Source: Gammaproteobacteria bacterium (lineage in GTDB: Bacteria; Pseudomonadota; Gammaproteobacteria; GCA-001735895). From it: a stretch of DNA of 51,872 bases. This document shows, piece by piece, positions 50,138 to 51,872 of the stretch. The position numbers and the translations under genes were made by a program. The notes beneath the pieces are model-generated. The model saw only the letters and a program-made list of their open reading frames with translations. It did not search any database and was not told the DNA's origin. How positions within the stretch are numbered: position 1 is the stretch's first letter; each line of letters starts with the position of its first letter. The DNA is taken from positions 1 to 51,872 of the forward strand of contig JBNKUM010000084.1 in the NCBI GenBank assembly GCA_050298595.1. The letters run 5' to 3'.

Positions 50138-50258
50138 GATAATCGGGAAGACATTGTTTTGTAGGCATCGCATTCTGATAGGTCTGACTGATAGTTATTA
50201 AAAAAACTTCTCCCTGGTTCAAACGTTCTAAATATTAAAATGCGAATATGCGACTTAA

Positions 50259-50286
50259 CCCCTACCCAAAAAACCTTGGGCAGGGG
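50259..50286 (-). terminator. Stem-loop after the RTX gene
   Basis: cccctacccaa / ttgggcagggg (one G-U pair on the minus strand), about 30 nt past the stop. Confidence 0.55.
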
Positions 50287-50313
50287 ATATAAGGAGTAAT
50301 TACAAAGTCTAAT

Positions 50314-51872
50314 TTAAACGGTTTGCCATGACTCAGCTATTACAGGATGCAGTTGATCAATAATATCCTGAGGAATCACATTACCTGATCCACTGGGAAC
50401 ATCAAATGCAGCCATTGCAGAAACTAATTGATCAATCTGATTATTCAGCAGAGTAGAAGTACCTACTTCAATCTGGTCAAGTTGATAATTTGTACTGCTA
50501 TACCAATTGCTGATCGTCACCCTGTCATCGGTGCCCGCGATGGTGATTTGCAGGTTGTTGCCACTTCGGCTAAACCATAGATCCTCGATTGAGACATCTT
50601 CGAACTGGGCGGTATCGACACTAGCTGCATTGGTATCGTAGTTATATATCGTATCCGCTCCATCACCAGCTCCAAACAGGTAGGTGTCATTGCCAGCATT
50701 ACCGCTCAACATATCGTTGCCCGTCCTTCCAACAAGCACATCATTTCCACTTCCCGCATTGATCGTATCATCACCAGCAAATCCATAGATCCGATCAGTT
50801 AGACTAGTTCCATATATGGTATCTGCATCAGCTGTCCCATAAACAGCCTGGGCTGCCGTTAATATCTCAGCTTGCGTCATGCTGCTTCCATCCGCAAACT
50901 CAAAACTCTCCATATAATAAGAAGCGTTTCCAAACGCATTATTTAACCTGATTTGATCACCGGTCAGTTCACCATTATCGTCCAGTAGCTCAATCAATAT
51001 ATGGCTGGAAGGATCATGACTCAGCCGCAAATGATCTTTGGTAATGCCGCTTCCAAATACGATTCGGTCCTGTCCTGCTCCACGATAACTCCCATTATCA
51101 GTTATCGTATCCTGACCATCACCCCGATTAAAATAATAACTGTCTGTGCTTCCACCACTGCTGATTTGGTCATTACCCAAACCACCTGTGTAATTATTCA
51201 CGTAACTTTGATTTGTATATCGGAGAAGGGAACTATTGAGCTCAGCAATCACATCGTCCCCTTCACCTCCATCAACCGTGTTCGAAGAGTAATAGCTTAG
51301 CTTGATCGTATCCGCTCCAGCTCCTCCATCAACTATATTTGCGCCAGAGCCATTAAGTGTGATCGTGTCATCACCGGCGCCTCCATCTATCTGGTCATTT
51401 CCAGCATTATCTGAGATCGTGTCATTACCCGCTCCACCATCTATCGTATTGTTGGTAGAGCTATTCGAACTAATAATATCATCTCCGCCATGTCCATTTG
51501 CTGCCGTCGAGGTCGACCATAAGTCAATACTGTCTGCACCCTCTGTACCGGTCATCGACAGATTGCTGATGTCCGTATTACTTAGCACCGTACCATCTGC
51601 AAACTCGAAGCCTTCTATCTGGTAACTAGAGCTATTCCAGCCTTGTATCTTGATCTGATCATTAGCCTGAGGATCATTCGGATTAGCAATACTGAGCACA
51701 AGTGAATTACCCGATCGGGTCGCACTAATATCCGCTGCTGTGATCCCTTCTCCAAATACGATTCGGTCCTGTCCTGCTCCACGATAACTCCCATTATCAG
51801 TTATCGTATCCTGACCATCACCCCGATTAAAATAATAACTGTCTGTGCTTCCACCACTGCTGATTTGGTCAT
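50314..51872 (-). CDS. RTX / hemolysin-type Ca-binding repeat protein (C-terminal part; runs off the right edge)
   Basis: Many GGxGxDxU nonapeptides; F..GDGQDTI / IE.FEFADG modules; T1SS tail DLWFSRSGNNL..IDQLVSAMAAF. The frame stays open from 51699 to the edge. Confidence 0.95.
   Translation of the reverse strand, partial: DQISSGGSTDSYYFNRGDGQDTITDNGSYRGAGQDRIVFGEGITAADISATRSGNSLVLSIANPNDPQANDQIKIQGWNSSSYQIEGFEFADGTVLSNTDISNLSMTGTEGADSIDLWSTSTAANGHGGDDIISSNSSTNNTIDGGAGNDTISDNAGNDQIDGGAGDDTITLNGSGANIVDGGAGADTIKLSYYSSNTVDGGEGDDVIAELNSSLLRYTNQSYVNNYTGGLGNDQISSGGSTDSYYFNRGDGQDTITDNGSYRGAGQDRIVFGSGITKDHLRLSHDPSSHILIELLDDNGELTGDQIRLNNAFGNASYYMESFEFADGSSMTQAEILTAAQAVYGTADADTIYGTSLTDRIYGFAGDDTINAGSGNDVLVGRTGNDMLSGNAGNDTYLFGAGDGADTIYNYDTNAASVDTAQFEDVSIEDLWFSRSGNNLQITIAGTDDRVTISNWYSSTNYQLDQIEVGTSTLLNNQIDQLVSAMAAFDVPSGSGNVIPQDIIDQLHPVIAESWQTV
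51052..51872. repeat. Exact 122-bp direct repeat within the RTX gene (period 699 bp = 233 aa)
   Basis: 51052-51173 is identical to 51751-51872; the second copy is cut by the window end. Confidence 0.95.

Noticed and set aside
1-51872. Whole window as a circular element, plasmid or prophage because both ends are T1SS-related
   Set aside because: The content is core chromosomal (nadC, uppP, rsx, nth); no rep, integrase or phage genes, and no terminal overlap.

Overview
About 52 kb of chromosome from a Gammaproteobacterium, probably marine and possibly a sulfur oxidiser or autotroph (inferred from gene content only). Recognisable genes include nadC, glcDEF with a divergent alanine:glyoxylate aminotransferase, uppP, a polar amino-acid ABC transporter, orphan phnN and trpB, rsxABCDGE, nth and DUF1841. 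The left edge cuts an HlyB-type T1SS transporter. The right edge cuts a repeat-containing RTX protein inside an exact 122-bp repeat. The strongest candidate for an undescribed system is a three-gene module at 3.4-5.1 kb: an ECF sigma factor, a membrane anti-sigma fused to a periplasmic DsrE-like domain with a Cys, and a secreted DsrE-like paralogue in which that Cys is Ser. It may sense sulfane sulfur. Other notable modules are a CBS/DUF294 nucleotidyltransferase + DEDDh nuclease + BCCT trio, a membrane-anchored unknown protein paired with an atypical THSTG lipase, and a PhnD-like binding protein plus HAMP-PAS-GGDEF-EAL-CZB protein inserted between rsxE and nth. AT-rich intergenic patches hold mobile-element debris that the ORF track misses: a RAYT transposase relic, an IS3 3' fragment, two nested palindromic/MITE-like elements, several eroded attC sites, and an integrase-less integron relic with one intact cassette encoding a stand-alone EF-Tu domain III-like protein. 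No rRNA, tRNA or CRISPR array was seen. All family assignments come from motif recognition by eye, not database searches.
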